Positions 26,757 through 36,640 of a stretch of DNA of 64,000 bases are shown here, one piece after another. Below the pieces are notes generated by a model that had not been told where the DNA came from, made no database searches, and saw only the letters and a program-made list of their open reading frames with translations. The stretch is from an uncultured Verrucomicrobiae bacterium (lineage in GTDB: Bacteria; Verrucomicrobiota; Verrucomicrobiia; Limisphaerales; JAHDYP01), in NCBI GenBank assembly GCA_963765535.1, contig CAVXWU010000014.1, positions 391,963 to 455,962 of the forward strand, read 5' to 3'. Position numbers and translations under genes: made by a program. Every line of letters starts with the position of its first letter. Position 1 is the first letter of the stretch.

Positions 26757-27804
26757 ACGCACCCCCGGTGATAAAGTTCAAATGCCGCTGGTCGAGCTTA
26801 CCCGTGCCCGACTGAGGGAGCTCATTCGTGAGCCAGAGGCTGTGTTTTGGGTGTTCATCTTTCCGATCCTACTGGCCACGATCCTGGGGCTCGCATTCCG
26901 AAGTCGTCCCCCCGAGCCAATCCCCGTCGGGGTCGTCGCCGGCCCACAAGCGGACGCCCAATTGGCCGCGCTGTCATCGAATACCGACATCAAAGCAATC
27001 CTCCTCTCGGAGGCGGAAGCCCATAAATCCCTGGCCCGTGGTCGCGTGGCTCTGGTGGTATCGGGTAAGGATACACCAGTCTATGCCTTCGACCCCACTC
27101 GCCCCGAAAGCCGCACCGCGCGGCTGGCGGTCGATGCTGCGCTTCAAAATGCCGCAGGACGCAAAGACCCATTCACTCCCGGCCAGGCGAAATTAACCGA
27201 ACCCGGCGCCCGTTATGTCGACTTCCTCGTCCCCGGCCTCCTCGGCATGAATCTCATGGGAACGGGAATGTGGGGAATCGGTTTTTCCCTGGTCGTGGCC
27301 CGAAATGGCAATCTGCTGAAACGCCTCATTGCGGCGCCCGTGCATCGGAGCCATTTGTTGGCGGCACAAGTCGTTTCCCGCCTGGTTTTCCTCGTGCCTG
27401 AGGCGGGGGCCTTGCTCCTCTTTGCGCATGTGATCCTCGGCGTTCCGTTCCGCGGCTCATTGATTCTGCTCGGAGCGGTCTCGGTTTTGGGCGCACTGGC
27501 ATTCAGCGGCCTCGGACTGCTGACGGCGGCGCGACCACGAACCATCGAAGGGATTTCCGGAATCATGAACCTGGTGATGGTCCCGATGTGGATTTTCTCC
27601 GGCATATTCTTTTCCACGGAGCGATTTCCGGCGGTGATGCAGCCCTTTGTGCAGGCCCTCCCATTGACCGCCCTCAACAATGCCCTGCGCGGGGTCATGT
27701 TGGACGGCGTCGGCTTGTGGTCCATCGGCCGCGAACTGCTGCTCCTCGCGGCCTGGGGCGTGATCAGTTTCCTCCTGGCCCTGAAAATCTTCCGGTGGCA
27801 ATAG
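26749..27804 (+). CDS. ABC-2 type transporter permease
   Basis: About 351 aa and multi-TM. Start at the ATG at 26749 overlaps the ATPase stop by 8 nt; the N-terminal LRELIREPEAVFWVFIFPILL is typical of ABC-2 permeases. Confidence 0.85.
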   Translation: MAERTPGDKVQMPLVELTRARLRELIREPEAVFWVFIFPILLATILGLAFRSRPPEPIPVGVVAGPQADAQLAALSSNTDIKAILLSEAEAHKSLARGRVALVVSGKDTPVYAFDPTRPESRTARLAVDAALQNAAGRKDPFTPGQAKLTEPGARYVDFLVPGLLGMNLMGTGMWGIGFSLVVARNGNLLKRLIAAPVHRSHLLAAQVVSRLVFLVPEAGALLLFAHVILGVPFRGSLILLGAVSVLGALAFSGLGLLTAARPRTIEGISGIMNLVMVPMWIFSGIFFSTERFPAVMQPFVQALPLTALNNALRGVMLDGVGLWSIGRELLLLAAWGVISFLLALKIFRWQ

Positions 27805-27826
27805 CCACGCTCACGGCCGTCGATTA

Positions 27827-29806
27827 TTGCGCCTCACGATCCGGGAATCATCCGCCGGCCGCGTCTTCAGCATTGGCAGTTGGTCCGGCGACTGGCAAGA
27901 TCTGACCGTGAATCCCAATCTCCTGGCTCTTGCTCTCTCGCTTCCCCTGGCCCTCTGGCCGGGCTCCACCAGCCAGGCCGCGACTGCCGAGCGCCCAAAT
28001 ATCCTTTGGCTTACTGCCGAGGATATGAGCTTGGAACTCGGCTGTTATGAAAATCCCGACGCGCGGACGCCCCGGTTGGATGCGTTCGCCGGGCAGGCTG
28101 TCCGCTACACTCAGGCGTTCGCCACCGCCCCGGTCTGCTCGCCGGCCCGGTCCTGCCTCATCACCGGAATGTTCGCGACGTCTCTGGGAACGCAACGGCT
28201 TCGTTCGGCTTTCCCCGTGCCGGCGGAATTCGGCCCGTTTACCGCGCAACTTCGCAAGGCGGGATATCACTGCTCGAACAATGTGAAGACCGATTACAAC
28301 CTGCGCAATGAGGCGGCGTTCATCCGGGCGGGCTGGGACGAAAGCTCGCCGAAAGCGCACTGGCGGGATCGGCGCGAGGGCCAGCCATTCTTCGCGGTGT
28401 TCAATTTCATGACGACCCATCAGTCGCGCACGAGCGTCTGGTCGCATGAGGAATTCGAGAAGGAAGTCGGCTCAAAGCTTTCGCCCGGTGAACGTCACGA
28501 TCCGGCGCGCCTCACGCTGCCGCCATTTTACCCGGACACCGCCGAGGCGCGGCGGGCCTGGGCCCGTTATCACGATTGCATCACACTCATGGACCGCCAG
28601 GTCGGCGATATCCTCGATCAACTGGCCGCCGATGGCCTGGCCGAAAACACGATTGTCTTCTTCTACTCGGACCATGGCATGGGTATGCCGCGCGGCAAAC
28701 GATGCCTGCAAGACTCCGGGCTGCACGTCCCCTTGCTGGTGCGCTTCCCGAAACGGTGGGCACACCTCGCCCCCGGATCTCCCGGTTCCTCGACGGATCG
28801 CCTGGTCAGCTTCGTCGATTTCGCACCCACAGTGCTGAGCCTTTGCGGAGTGAAATCACCCGCTCACTTCCAGGGTACTGCATTCCTCGGGGCTGACGCC
28901 GGCACGCCCCGGACATTTGTCTATGGCGCGCGCGACCGGGTGGATGAGGCCTTTGACGTCGCTCGCAGTGTCCGCAACGCGCGCTGGCTTTACATCCGAA
29001 ATTTCATGCCGCACTTGTCCTGGATGCAACCCGAAGGCTACTCCGACGCTTCGACTTTCCGCCAGGAACTCAAACGACTCGCCGCCGAAGGCAAGCTCGG
29101 TCCCGGCCCCCGTACCTATGCCGCTCCACGTCGCACGCTCGAAGAACTCTACGATACGGAGTCCGACCCCGCCCAACTCCACAACCTCGCCGCCTCCCCC
29201 GAGGGCCAACCGGTCCTCGAACAAATGCGCGCCGAACTCCGGCACTGGCAACTCGACACCCGCGACGCCGGTTTTCTCACCGAACCCCAGATGTGGGCCA
29301 AGCTTCGCGGCGAGGATACCCCGTGGTCCGTTGCGCGCGATGAATCTCGATACCCACTCGAACGGTTGCTGGAGGTCGCCGACGCCGTGGGCCGCACCAA
29401 TGCCGCGCCGCGACAACGCGACTGGTTGGGCAACTCCGACGATGGCATCCGCTACTGGGCCGCCGTCGGCCTCCACGCCCAGCCCAACCTGACCGAGCCC
29501 GATCGCGAAGTCTTGCGCCACGCCTTGCTTGACCTATCTCCCGTGGTCCGCATCGAGGCCGCCGCCGCACTCGCCGACCACGGCGAAGCCGAACCCGCGC
29601 TGCCCGTGCTCATCACCGCGTTGGGGGACGAGTCCACCAATATTGCGCTCCATGCCGCCCGCGCCCTTGAATTACTCGGCCCAACCGCGCGGCCGGCCGA
29701 GCCCGCGATGCGTACCGCCCTCACCCGTGCGACTGAATCCGAAAAGGATGGGGATATCCTGGCGATGTTCATTCGCTTCAGCCTCGAAGCCGCACTACAG
29801 CCCTGA
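27827..29806 (+). CDS. Sulfatase (formylglycine-dependent) with C-terminal HEAT-like repeats
   Basis: Signal peptide, PNILWLTAEDM, and the CSPARSCLITG (C-x-P-x-R) motif. The C-terminal about 150 aa have HEAT-like repeats (VRIEAAAALADHG...ALHAARALELLG). The true start may be an internal GTG near 27908. Confidence 0.85.
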   Translation: MRLTIRESSAGRVFSIGSWSGDWQDLTVNPNLLALALSLPLALWPGSTSQAATAERPNILWLTAEDMSLELGCYENPDARTPRLDAFAGQAVRYTQAFATAPVCSPARSCLITGMFATSLGTQRLRSAFPVPAEFGPFTAQLRKAGYHCSNNVKTDYNLRNEAAFIRAGWDESSPKAHWRDRREGQPFFAVFNFMTTHQSRTSVWSHEEFEKEVGSKLSPGERHDPARLTLPPFYPDTAEARRAWARYHDCITLMDRQVGDILDQLAADGLAENTIVFFYSDHGMGMPRGKRCLQDSGLHVPLLVRFPKRWAHLAPGSPGSSTDRLVSFVDFAPTVLSLCGVKSPAHFQGTAFLGADAGTPRTFVYGARDRVDEAFDVARSVRNARWLYIRNFMPHLSWMQPEGYSDASTFRQELKRLAAEGKLGPGPRTYAAPRRTLEELYDTESDPAQLHNLAASPEGQPVLEQMRAELRHWQLDTRDAGFLTEPQMWAKLRGEDTPWSVARDESRYPLERLLEVADAVGRTNAAPRQRDWLGNSDDGIRYWAAVGLHAQPNLTEPDREVLRHALLDLSPVVRIEAAAALADHGEAEPALPVLITALGDESTNIALHAARALELLGPTARPAEPAMRTALTRATESEKDGDILAMFIRFSLEAALQP

Positions 29807-29837
29807 TTTACCGCCGCCAAAACCTCTCAACCATTCC

Positions 29838-30431
29838 ATGTGCATTTCCATGATGACGAGCTGCCCCCATCTCCGCAATCGCGTTCGCAGGAGCACACTG
29901 ACTTGCCTTTCGTACCTCGTTCGACTGGAAAAGTCGGCGCCGACTTGTGTCGGCAGCTCAAATTGCCCCTCCTTGAAACCATTGCCTCGCCTGGTTCACT
30001 TGATCTGGCTTGCCCTGTCCATCCTGTCCCTCGCAAACATCGGAGTCCACGCCGCGCAAAATCCGGAAACCGACGCCGATCCGGATTCCCCAGCCCGTCG
30101 GATGCGAAATCGATTCGGAGCGGGAGCACTCACCCCACTTCCGATCACCGTGTCTGCCCCGGATGGAACGATTGAAGCCTGCGTGTTCGTCAATCCTGAC
30201 GGACAACTCTGTTATTCCTCGGAACGGATGCAGCCTCATACCGTCCTTCTGGAATCCTCTCCGCTCGGGATTACCGTCGACCACGCCGATCTCGGCCTGA
30301 ACGCTGAGATCCGCGGTTATCATGTCGCCTTGCTCAACGAACACTTTCCCTGGCGTGGAGTTCATGCGACGGCAACCAACCACTGCAGCGCTGCGCAAAT
30401 CATGCTGCACCATCGTCCTTCCGGCGTGTAA
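29838..30431 (+). pseudogene. Possible truncated remnant of a GH97-type glycoside hydrolase (N-terminal domain only)
   Basis: The last about 115 aa (SAPDGTIEACVFVNPDGQLCYSSERMQPHTVLLESSPLGITVDHADLG...NEHFPWRGVH) resemble, by eye, the N-terminal beta-sandwich of GH97 enzymes. The ORF stops after about 198 aa where a full enzyme would continue for more than 500 aa. The upstream part of the 300-aa track ORF overlaps the sulfatase gene. Confidence 0.35.
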
Positions 30432-30439
30432 CTCGGCTC

Positions 30440-30475
30440 TCCGATCTGAAATTTCAAATTAGAAATCTCAGAGGA
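30440..30475. terminator. AT-rich imperfect hairpin between convergent genes (candidate bidirectional terminator)
   Basis: TCCGATCTGAAATTTC-AAATTA-GAAATCTCAGAGGA: TCC/GGA, TCTGA/TCAGA and ATTTC/GAAAT pair. It lies between the stop at 30431 (+) and the stop at 30501 (-). Confidence 0.4.
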
Positions 30476-30500
30476 TTCCGTCCCACGTGCGTTTTCCACC

Positions 30501-31580
30501 TTAATCCTCCAACTCGACCCACTGTCTCGCTTCTGACGACCGCATTGCTGCGTCCATAACTCGCTGCGCCCGCACTCCATCGTGGAAACTCGGGAGACAC
30601 GGACGTTGATTTCGGATGGCGTCCACGAACTCCCACGCCTGGTCATAACGAAACGTCACCAGCGGATCACCCGCTTGTGGATCTCGCGGGCTGCCCGGCC
30701 ACTTCCAGAAGGACTCCGGCACAGGAATCGTTTCGTATCCCGGTCCGCCCAATCTTCCAACTTGAAGCGAATTCCAGTTCCCGGTGCTGAATCCAAACGA
30801 CTGTTCGCTGCCGTTGACCTCCACTGAATCCAGGCTCCGCCAGCTTTCGTTGCGGCCGCTGGCGATCTTACTACTCTCCAGCACACCCGTCGCACCGGAT
30901 CTGAACTCCGCCAGAACGGCCACCCAATCCTCCAAATCACTTGTTTTGCCCTGGCGCGCGGGATGAAACTGCTTTTCGCCGGCTACCAGCCGCCGCATCG
31001 GGCCCAGCAGCAAATGCGCGAAATCAATCCGGTGCGACAACATATCGCCTAACTCGCCCGTACCCGCCAAAGCACGATTCTGGCGCCATCCCAAATCCCG
31101 CGTCCCCCAATCCTGCAACCGGCATGAGCGGTAATGATGGGGCTCGCCCAAATCGCCTCGCTTCACCAAATGCGAGAGATACTGCATCGCCGGCACAAAC
31201 CGGTAAGTGAAGGCCGTCATGTGCCGGACGCCGGCCGCATCAGCGGCATCGGCCATCTTTTGGGCATCCGTGGCATTCATGGCCAGGGGCTTCTCACAAA
31301 GCACGTGCTTGCCCGCGGCGACCGCCGCCAGCGCGATTGTCGGGTGCATGATGTTTGGCGTCGCGATAATAACCGCGTCTACGTCATCCCGCGACACCAC
31401 CTCTTCGTAGCGCGAGGAGTGGCATTTTACGCCGGTCTGTTGTCGTGCGCGTTCAAGTGACTGCGGGTCGGTATCGCACAGCGCCACCAATCGTGTATCG
31501 GGACAGAGCGCCAAGCCGGGCAGATGATTCTGCAGCGTAATCCCGCCGCAGCCCACGATCGCGATCCCCAACGCCTTCAT
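30501..31580 (-). CDS. Gfo/Idh/MocA family oxidoreductase
   Basis: 359 aa, MKALGIAIVGCGGITLQNHLPGL...AVIIATPNIMHPTIALAAVAAGKHVLCEKPLA (GxGxxG plus the EKP motif). Confidence 0.9.
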   Translation of the reverse strand: MKALGIAIVGCGGITLQNHLPGLALCPDTRLVALCDTDPQSLERARQQTGVKCHSSRYEEVVSRDDVDAVIIATPNIMHPTIALAAVAAGKHVLCEKPLAMNATDAQKMADAADAAGVRHMTAFTYRFVPAMQYLSHLVKRGDLGEPHHYRSCRLQDWGTRDLGWRQNRALAGTGELGDMLSHRIDFAHLLLGPMRRLVAGEKQFHPARQGKTSDLEDWVAVLAEFRSGATGVLESSKIASGRNESWRSLDSVEVNGSEQSFGFSTGNWNSLQVGRLGGPGYETIPVPESFWKWPGSPRDPQAGDPLVTFRYDQAWEFVDAIRNQRPCLPSFHDGVRAQRVMDAAMRSSEARQWVELED

Positions 31581-31623
31581 GTGAATCCTCAGGTTGCCGC
31601 GTCACCGACTCGATCGGCCCGGC

Positions 31624-31923
31624 TCAACTAATCAACTCCCACAAAGTGATCCGCGGCGCTTCCGCCAACAGGCCCCCGGCCTTGTCAAGAAAGGCCTTCA
31701 AATGCGGCCGGTTCAAGTGATCGTCAAGATGCTGTTGGCTCGTCCAATTCTCATGAAACATGAACGAGCCGGGATCATCCTTCGCCTGATGCAGATCGTA
31801 GTTGATGCAACCGGGTTCTTTCCGCGTCGTCGGGATCAATGCCAACAACTCCTGTCGCAGGCTCTGTTCCTGCCCAGGCTTCGCCTTCATATGCGCCACC
31901 ACCGTTAATGGCTTGTCGTTCAT
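31624..31923 (-). CDS. Antibiotic-biosynthesis-monooxygenase (ABM) family protein / putative quinol monooxygenase
   Basis: MNDKPLTVVAHMKAKPGQEQSLRQELLALIPTTRKEPGCINYDLHQAKDDPGSFMFHENWTSQQHLDDHL: ferredoxin-like ABM pattern. Start moved to the internal ATG at 31923. Confidence 0.75.
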   Translation of the reverse strand: MNDKPLTVVAHMKAKPGQEQSLRQELLALIPTTRKEPGCINYDLHQAKDDPGSFMFHENWTSQQHLDDHLNRPHLKAFLDKAGGLLAEAPRITLWELIS

Positions 31924-32130
31924 GTGCTGATCATCCTGTGCGCTCACTCCACTGGCAATAGCGATTCGCGGCCGCAGAGATAACCACACTCGCCGGAGGA
32001 ACTCGGCTCGCCGGAGGGAGACGAGTCCCCAACTTCACGCCGGAGGACGAGCTCCGCGAGTCCCCAAACATCCCCATTCCGCCGCCTACTACGCGGCCTC
32101 GTGTAACTCGGCCCTCCGACCGTGCAAAAT

Positions 32131-33321
32131 TCAACCCAGCTTCGGCATGGGTGTCCATCCCCCTTTGTTACCCCCGCTCTTCAGGCAGGTCTCGATGAAC
32201 GCGATTCCCATCCAACCATCCTCAACATTTGCGTATTTCGAACCGTCACTGGAAAACGACTCTCCCGCCTTCCACTTGCGCACGTCGGCTTCAAAACAAC
32301 GATGCAACCGCGCAAAAGCGTCGTGGAATGCCTCGGGATGGCCCGCGGGCACTGTGGGCTCGGCCAGCAGATCGGCCGGCACATCCTTCGGTAAAAACCC
32401 ATCGTCAGGCGTAACCGCCCCCCGCCAATACACCCGATCCGGTTGGTTGGAAAGATAGACCGTCAGACACTCCGGATCCTCCTGACGCCACACCAATGTC
32501 CCTTTGGTGCCGTTGATCTCGATCCCGAGATCGTTCTTATGACCGATGGCGATTTGCGTTGCTCGCACGAGGGCCTTGCCGCCGTTGCTCAGCCTGCAAT
32601 AAATGGTAAAATGATCGTCGAGGGCGCGGCCTTCCACGAACGTCTCGAGTTGGGCCGAAAGTTCGCTCACATCCAACCCCGTCACATACCGCAATTGCAT
32701 CAGGGCGTGTGTGCCAATGTCTCCGCCACAACCGGAACCACCGGCCATCTTCGGGTTCGTCCGCCACACCGCCTGTTGCACCCCGGTGGCTTCGACCTTG
32801 GTGGCCAGCCAGCCCTGGAGATAATACGAATCCACCCAACGCACATCGCCAATCAATCCCGCCCGCACGATGTACCGCGATAATCGGCTCGTCCAGTGTC
32901 CCAGGTATGTGTGCGCCACGCCAAATGGGATCTTCAGGGATTTCACGGTCTTCACCAGCTCTGCCGATTCTTGAAGGGTCACCGTCAGCGGTTTCTCGCA
33001 AAACACCGGAATGCCCGCTTTCAAGGCCTTCATGGCCGGATCGAAATGCACAAAGTTCGGCGTGACGATCAGCACATAATCCAGCCGTTGTTCGGCCGGC
33101 AAACTCGCTTGCGCTGAAATCATCTCGTCATAGGACCCATATCCCTTGATCGGATACGGCCAGTTCTCCGCCTCTTCCAATGCGATCTTCGGATCGGGAA
33201 ATAGCGCGCCGGCAACCACGCGCCGCGTCCCGTCAAAATGGATCGCCTTTTGATGCGGATTGACGATGAACGCGCCTCGGCCGCCACCGATTAAACCTAC
33301 ATTGAGGGGTATTTTCGCCAT
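32131..33321 (-). CDS. Gfo/Idh/MocA family oxidoreductase
   Basis: MAKIPLNVGLIGGGRGAFIV...YVLIVTPNFVHFDPAMKALKAGIPVFCEKPLT. Start moved to the ATG at 33321. Confidence 0.9.
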   Translation of the reverse strand: MAKIPLNVGLIGGGRGAFIVNPHQKAIHFDGTRRVVAGALFPDPKIALEEAENWPYPIKGYGSYDEMISAQASLPAEQRLDYVLIVTPNFVHFDPAMKALKAGIPVFCEKPLTVTLQESAELVKTVKSLKIPFGVAHTYLGHWTSRLSRYIVRAGLIGDVRWVDSYYLQGWLATKVEATGVQQAVWRTNPKMAGGSGCGGDIGTHALMQLRYVTGLDVSELSAQLETFVEGRALDDHFTIYCRLSNGGKALVRATQIAIGHKNDLGIEINGTKGTLVWRQEDPECLTVYLSNQPDRVYWRGAVTPDDGFLPKDVPADLLAEPTVPAGHPEAFHDAFARLHRCFEADVRKWKAGESFSSDGSKYANVEDGWMGIAFIETCLKSGGNKGGWTPMPKLG

Positions 33322-33473
33322 AAGATGAATAGCTTGGATTGTTACTCTGCTTTTCGTTTCCGTCCTGTAGGGAAACCCCACCGGGGACCCAACGTTCTTG
33401 GATTGAAGGGCTTCACCCTAAATCAATGCCCGTCCCATTCAAGTCATTTCGTGCTGATCGCCAAGAATGAATA

Positions 33474-33501
33474 TTGAATTGACGCTGGCGAACCCTATAG
33501 T
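33474..33501 (+). promoter_or_regulatory. Candidate promoter upstream of panD (TTGAAT-16 nt-TATAGT)
   Basis: TTGAAT at 33474-33479 and TATAGT at 33496-33501, 78 nt upstream of the panD ATG. Pattern only. Confidence 0.3.
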
Positions 33502-33578
33502 GACCAGTAACTTGTAGGCGACCGGACCGTCCGGCCGCCAGTTCGCCGGCCCAATGCCCGTGAAGATTCCATTCAACT

Positions 33579-33941
33579 ATGTTGATCAGTGTCCTGAAAT
33601 CGAAGATCCATCGCGCCATCATCACCGCGGCCAGCCTCGATTACCAAGGCAGCCTCTCCGTCCCCGAGGACCTAATGACCCTCGTCGGTTTGCTCCCTTA
33701 CGAGCGCATTCTCTGCAGTAACCTCGCCAATGGCCATCGCTTCGAAACCTATGCCATCGCCGGACCGGCCGGCAGTGGCGAAATCTGCCTCAATGGCGCC
33801 ACCGCGCACCTTGGCAAAGTCGGCAACCGCCTGGTCATCATGAGCTTCATCCAAATCGATCCCGGCGCCGCGCGCGAATGGCACCCCAAAATCATTGTCC
33901 TCGGTGAAGCGAATGCCGTCATCAGCCAACGCGGCCTATGA
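33579..33941 (+). CDS. panD: Aspartate 1-decarboxylase
   Basis: 120 aa, [28 protein letters not shown]... with the G-S self-cleavage site, and ...GDRLVIMSF-like NRLVIMSF. Confidence 0.95.
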   Translation: MLISVLKSKIHRAIITAASLDYQGSLSVPEDLMTLVGLLPYERILCSNLANGHRFETYAIAGPAGSGEICLNGATAHLGKVGNRLVIMSFIQIDPGAAREWHPKIIVLGEANAVISQRGL

Positions 33942-33996
33942 CCCGACCTCTCCCACCCGCTCCCCTTCCACCCGGCCCGATACTCATCTGACCGCC

Positions 33997-35017
33997 ATGA
34001 ACATAACTGCCGGTGAAGTCGCCCATCATCTCGAAGGCTCCGTGATTGGTGACAGCGCAGTCACCCTCACCAGCTTCGCCCAAGCCGATCGAGCCAAAGA
34101 TGGGGACCTCACATTTGCCGAAAACAATACCTACTTCGCGCGCGCCGACCAAAGCGCCGCTTCCGCTATTCTCATCGACACCCTTTACGGCGCCAGCCGA
34201 AAGACCTTGATCCGCGTGCCCAACGCACGCATCGCCTTCGCCAAAGCCCTTGCCCTCTTCTTCCCCGAACCGGAGTTGCCCCCGGGCGTCCATCCCACCT
34301 CGGTCATTGCCCCTACGGCCCAGATCGATCCCTCCGCCTGCATCGGAGCCCATTGTGTGGTTGGCGATTTCGTCCAGATCGGCCCGCGCGCCGCCTTGCA
34401 CGGCGGCAACCATGTCGGCGCCCATTGTTCCATCGGCGAGGCCTCACAACTCTTCCCCCGCGTCGTCCTCTATCCCCGCACGCTGATCGGCCAACGAGTT
34501 CGCATCCATGCCGGCGCCATCATCGGCTCGGATGGCTTCGGCTACGTCCTCGACGGCGGCTTTCATCGAAAAGTCCCTCAAGTCGGTCAAGTCATCATTC
34601 ATGACGACGTCGAGATCGGCGCCAACTCAACCATCGACCGCGGCGCCCTCGGCCCCACTACGATCGGACGCGGCACCAAGGTCGATAACCTGGTCCAGAT
34701 CGCCCACAACGTCACCTTCGGCGAGCACTGCATGGTCGTCGCCCAATCCGGCATCGCCGGCAGGTACCAAACTCGGCAACTATGTCACCCTCGCCGGCCA
34801 GGTCGGCCTCGCCGGCCATCTCAAAATCGGCAACCGGGTCGTGATCGCTGCCCAGTCCGGCGTGATGCATGATATCCCGGACGATGACAAATGGTTCGGC
34901 TATCCCGCCCAGCCCGATCGACAGATGAAACGACAAATCCTCGCCATCCAACAACTCCCCCAACTCCTCCGCCGTGTCGCCGAACTCGAAAAAAACCTCG
35001 CCCAGAAGACTCCCTGA
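33997..35017 (+). pseudogene. lpxD: UDP-3-O-acylglucosamine N-acyltransferase (LpxD) interrupted by a 1-nt frameshift near 34762-34764
   Basis: Frame A (33997-34761) gives ...hexapeptide repeats...[11 protein letters not shown] and then nonsense ([16 protein letters not shown]...). Frame B from 34763 gives (G)[50 protein letters not shown]...*. Deleting one G of GGC-A-GG-TACC restores GGC AGT ACC AAA, which reads G-S-T-K. The joined length of about 339 aa is typical of LpxD. Confidence 0.85.
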
Positions 35018-35215
35018 GCGACGCGACATCCCCAGGCTGAGTTCGCAAAAGGCCCCCACCCGTAACCCGCCTCCGCTCGATGACGCGGATTTCCGAGATG
35101 AAACTTTCGACTTCATACTTGCTCCTCCCCTCCTCCGCTCTTATGCTCCGGACACTCCGTTTGAGATCCAACATGCGCCGATCCGTCCACTCCACCACGC
35201 CCCTCCCCAAAGGTT

Positions 35216-35875
35216 ATGAATCGAACAAGCCATGCCGTCAGAATCAAAGCACTGACTACCTGCCTATCGTGCTATGCGCTCTGCTGCACGGCGGCGGCGC
35301 CGCCACCTGTTGATCTGGATCTTGCATCCGCCGAGGTTTCGCGCTGTTACGCCAACGCTCACCCTGAGGTTCAGGAATTTGTCCTTCACACAGCGCGCAC
35401 ATTCGGAGCCAACGGTATGTGGCTCAATGAAAATGCCTGCGCCACGCTCAAACCCGAGGAGCGTGAAACCAGAATTGTCTATCTCAGGCAACTGTTCAAC
35501 GAAGCCGAGTACGGGCGCCACCTTTGTGCTGCACTGGCCGAAGCCAGCGCCTTTAAGGATCCCCGGCTCGTCAGCGGACTGCTCAAAGTGGCGGCATACC
35601 ATGCGGACGATAGGGATTACGATTGCCGCCCCAAATGGATGGCCATCGCGGCACTTGCTCGTCAGGAATCACCGGAGGCAGTGCCGGTCTTGGTTAGTCT
35701 GGTGGATCATGGCAACCAGAACACGCGCTTTTGGGCGCGCGCTGCCCTGGCGCGCATGGCGAAGGCCGATTTCAAGAACGACAAACAAGCCTGGAACGAG
35801 TGGTGGATCGCTCATGGCCACCCGGCAATCGACGCGAAACTTCTGACGCCCTACGCACCACCTCCCTCAAAATGA
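35216..35875 (+). CDS. Exported HEAT-repeat-like hypothetical protein
   Basis: 219 aa with a signal-like N-terminus. The helical-repeat segment ESPEAVPVLVSLVDHGNQNTRFWARAALARM resembles HEAT/PBS-lyase repeats. Confidence 0.6.
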   Translation: MNRTSHAVRIKALTTCLSCYALCCTAAAPPPVDLDLASAEVSRCYANAHPEVQEFVLHTARTFGANGMWLNENACATLKPEERETRIVYLRQLFNEAEYGRHLCAALAEASAFKDPRLVSGLLKVAAYHADDRDYDCRPKWMAIAALARQESPEAVPVLVSLVDHGNQNTRFWARAALARMAKADFKNDKQAWNEWWIAHGHPAIDAKLLTPYAPPPSK

Positions 35876-35950
35876 GCAGGGCTACGATGATAACGATGAT
35901 CCCGAAAGCGCGCCACAATGGGAGGTCATTTGAGCTCATCGTATGCAACA

Positions 35951-36049
35951 CTGACCGAACGATGAGGCCAGCCATGCCGGGCCACTGATGACCGAAGAAG
36001 CCCGAGCCGGACTCCCGGCATCAGGGGCGAGCCGACTGGTTCGCTGCAG
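35951..36049 (-). repeat. attC-like imperfect palindrome 1 (downstream of the nucleotidyltransferase cassette)
   Basis: Gene-orientation sequence: CTGCAGCGAACCAGTCGGCTCGCCCCTGATGCCGGG...CCCGGCATGGCTGGCCTCATCGTTCGGTCAG. It abuts the stop codon at 36050-36052. The internal 8-bp arms ATGCCGGG / CCCGGCAT pair. Confidence 0.5.
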
Positions 36050-36589
36050 TCATTTCCTATCAGGTGGATCAAGTCGTCTCTTCAAATCGTCCGACAGCAG
36101 CATCCACAGTCGAGGGTGCGCTTCGAGCAGGCGTGCAACATCACCGAGATCCTTGATTCGCTTGCTCTGCCTCCTGTCTGGATCCGACCATGCCTTCATC
36201 TTGCCTTTCAGTGTGTCCTCCAATGAAGCAACGCGGAGCAGAATGCCATGCACGTCAGCCGCAACACCCCGATCGGGATAGTCCCGATAGCACTCCTCTG
36301 TGCTTAGTTGGATGCTGAGCTTGGATCGCCCCCTGAAGTTAATAGACCACTGGAACCGCTCGGCAGTGAATCCGGCCGCCTCCAAAATGCCCACGGTCTG
36401 CTCCACAGCGTCAGTCGCAACCACAAAATCCACATCCTGGGTCACCATCGGCTCATCAGCCCAATGATTCACGGCAACCCCTCCTATCGCGCACCAGGGG
36501 ATGTCGGCGCGCTCAAGGCAATCCACAAGGCGCATCACGTCATCTGTGCCTCCCGCAGTCTGCCAATCGTAGAACTGTTTCGCCGTCAC
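36050..36589 (-). CDS. Pol-beta-superfamily nucleotidyltransferase (minimal NTase / MNT-like), GTG start
   Basis: 179 aa with AIGGVAVNHWADEPMVTQDVDFVV, matching the G[GS]-x(9-13)-[DE]x[DE] NTase signature. No HEPN partner is adjacent. Confidence 0.7.
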   Translation of the reverse strand: MTAKQFYDWQTAGGTDDVMRLVDCLERADIPWCAIGGVAVNHWADEPMVTQDVDFVVATDAVEQTVGILEAAGFTAERFQWSINFRGRSKLSIQLSTEECYRDYPDRGVAADVHGILLRVASLEDTLKGKMKAWSDPDRRQSKRIKDLGDVARLLEAHPRLWMLLSDDLKRRLDPPDRK

Positions 36590-36640
36590 GCCCGAAGCGT
36601 ATCAAGCCGGAAAAGCGCCGCGACATTTTTCCGCCGAACG

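Noticed and set aside
29529-29837. Upstream part of the 300-aa ORF 29529..30431
   Set aside because: It overlaps the sulfatase 3' end in another frame with Pro/Ser-rich content. Only the distal part (from 29838) has protein-like sequence.
35772-35975. 67-aa minus-strand ORF (MAGLIVRSVLHTMSSNDLPLWRAFGIIVIIVALLIL...)
   Set aside because: Its 5' end lies inside attC-like site 1 and its 3' 104 nt are antisense to the HEAT-like gene. It is not called as a gene. The internal ATG at 35939 may mark a truncated terminal cassette, which is mentioned under the cassette-array finding.
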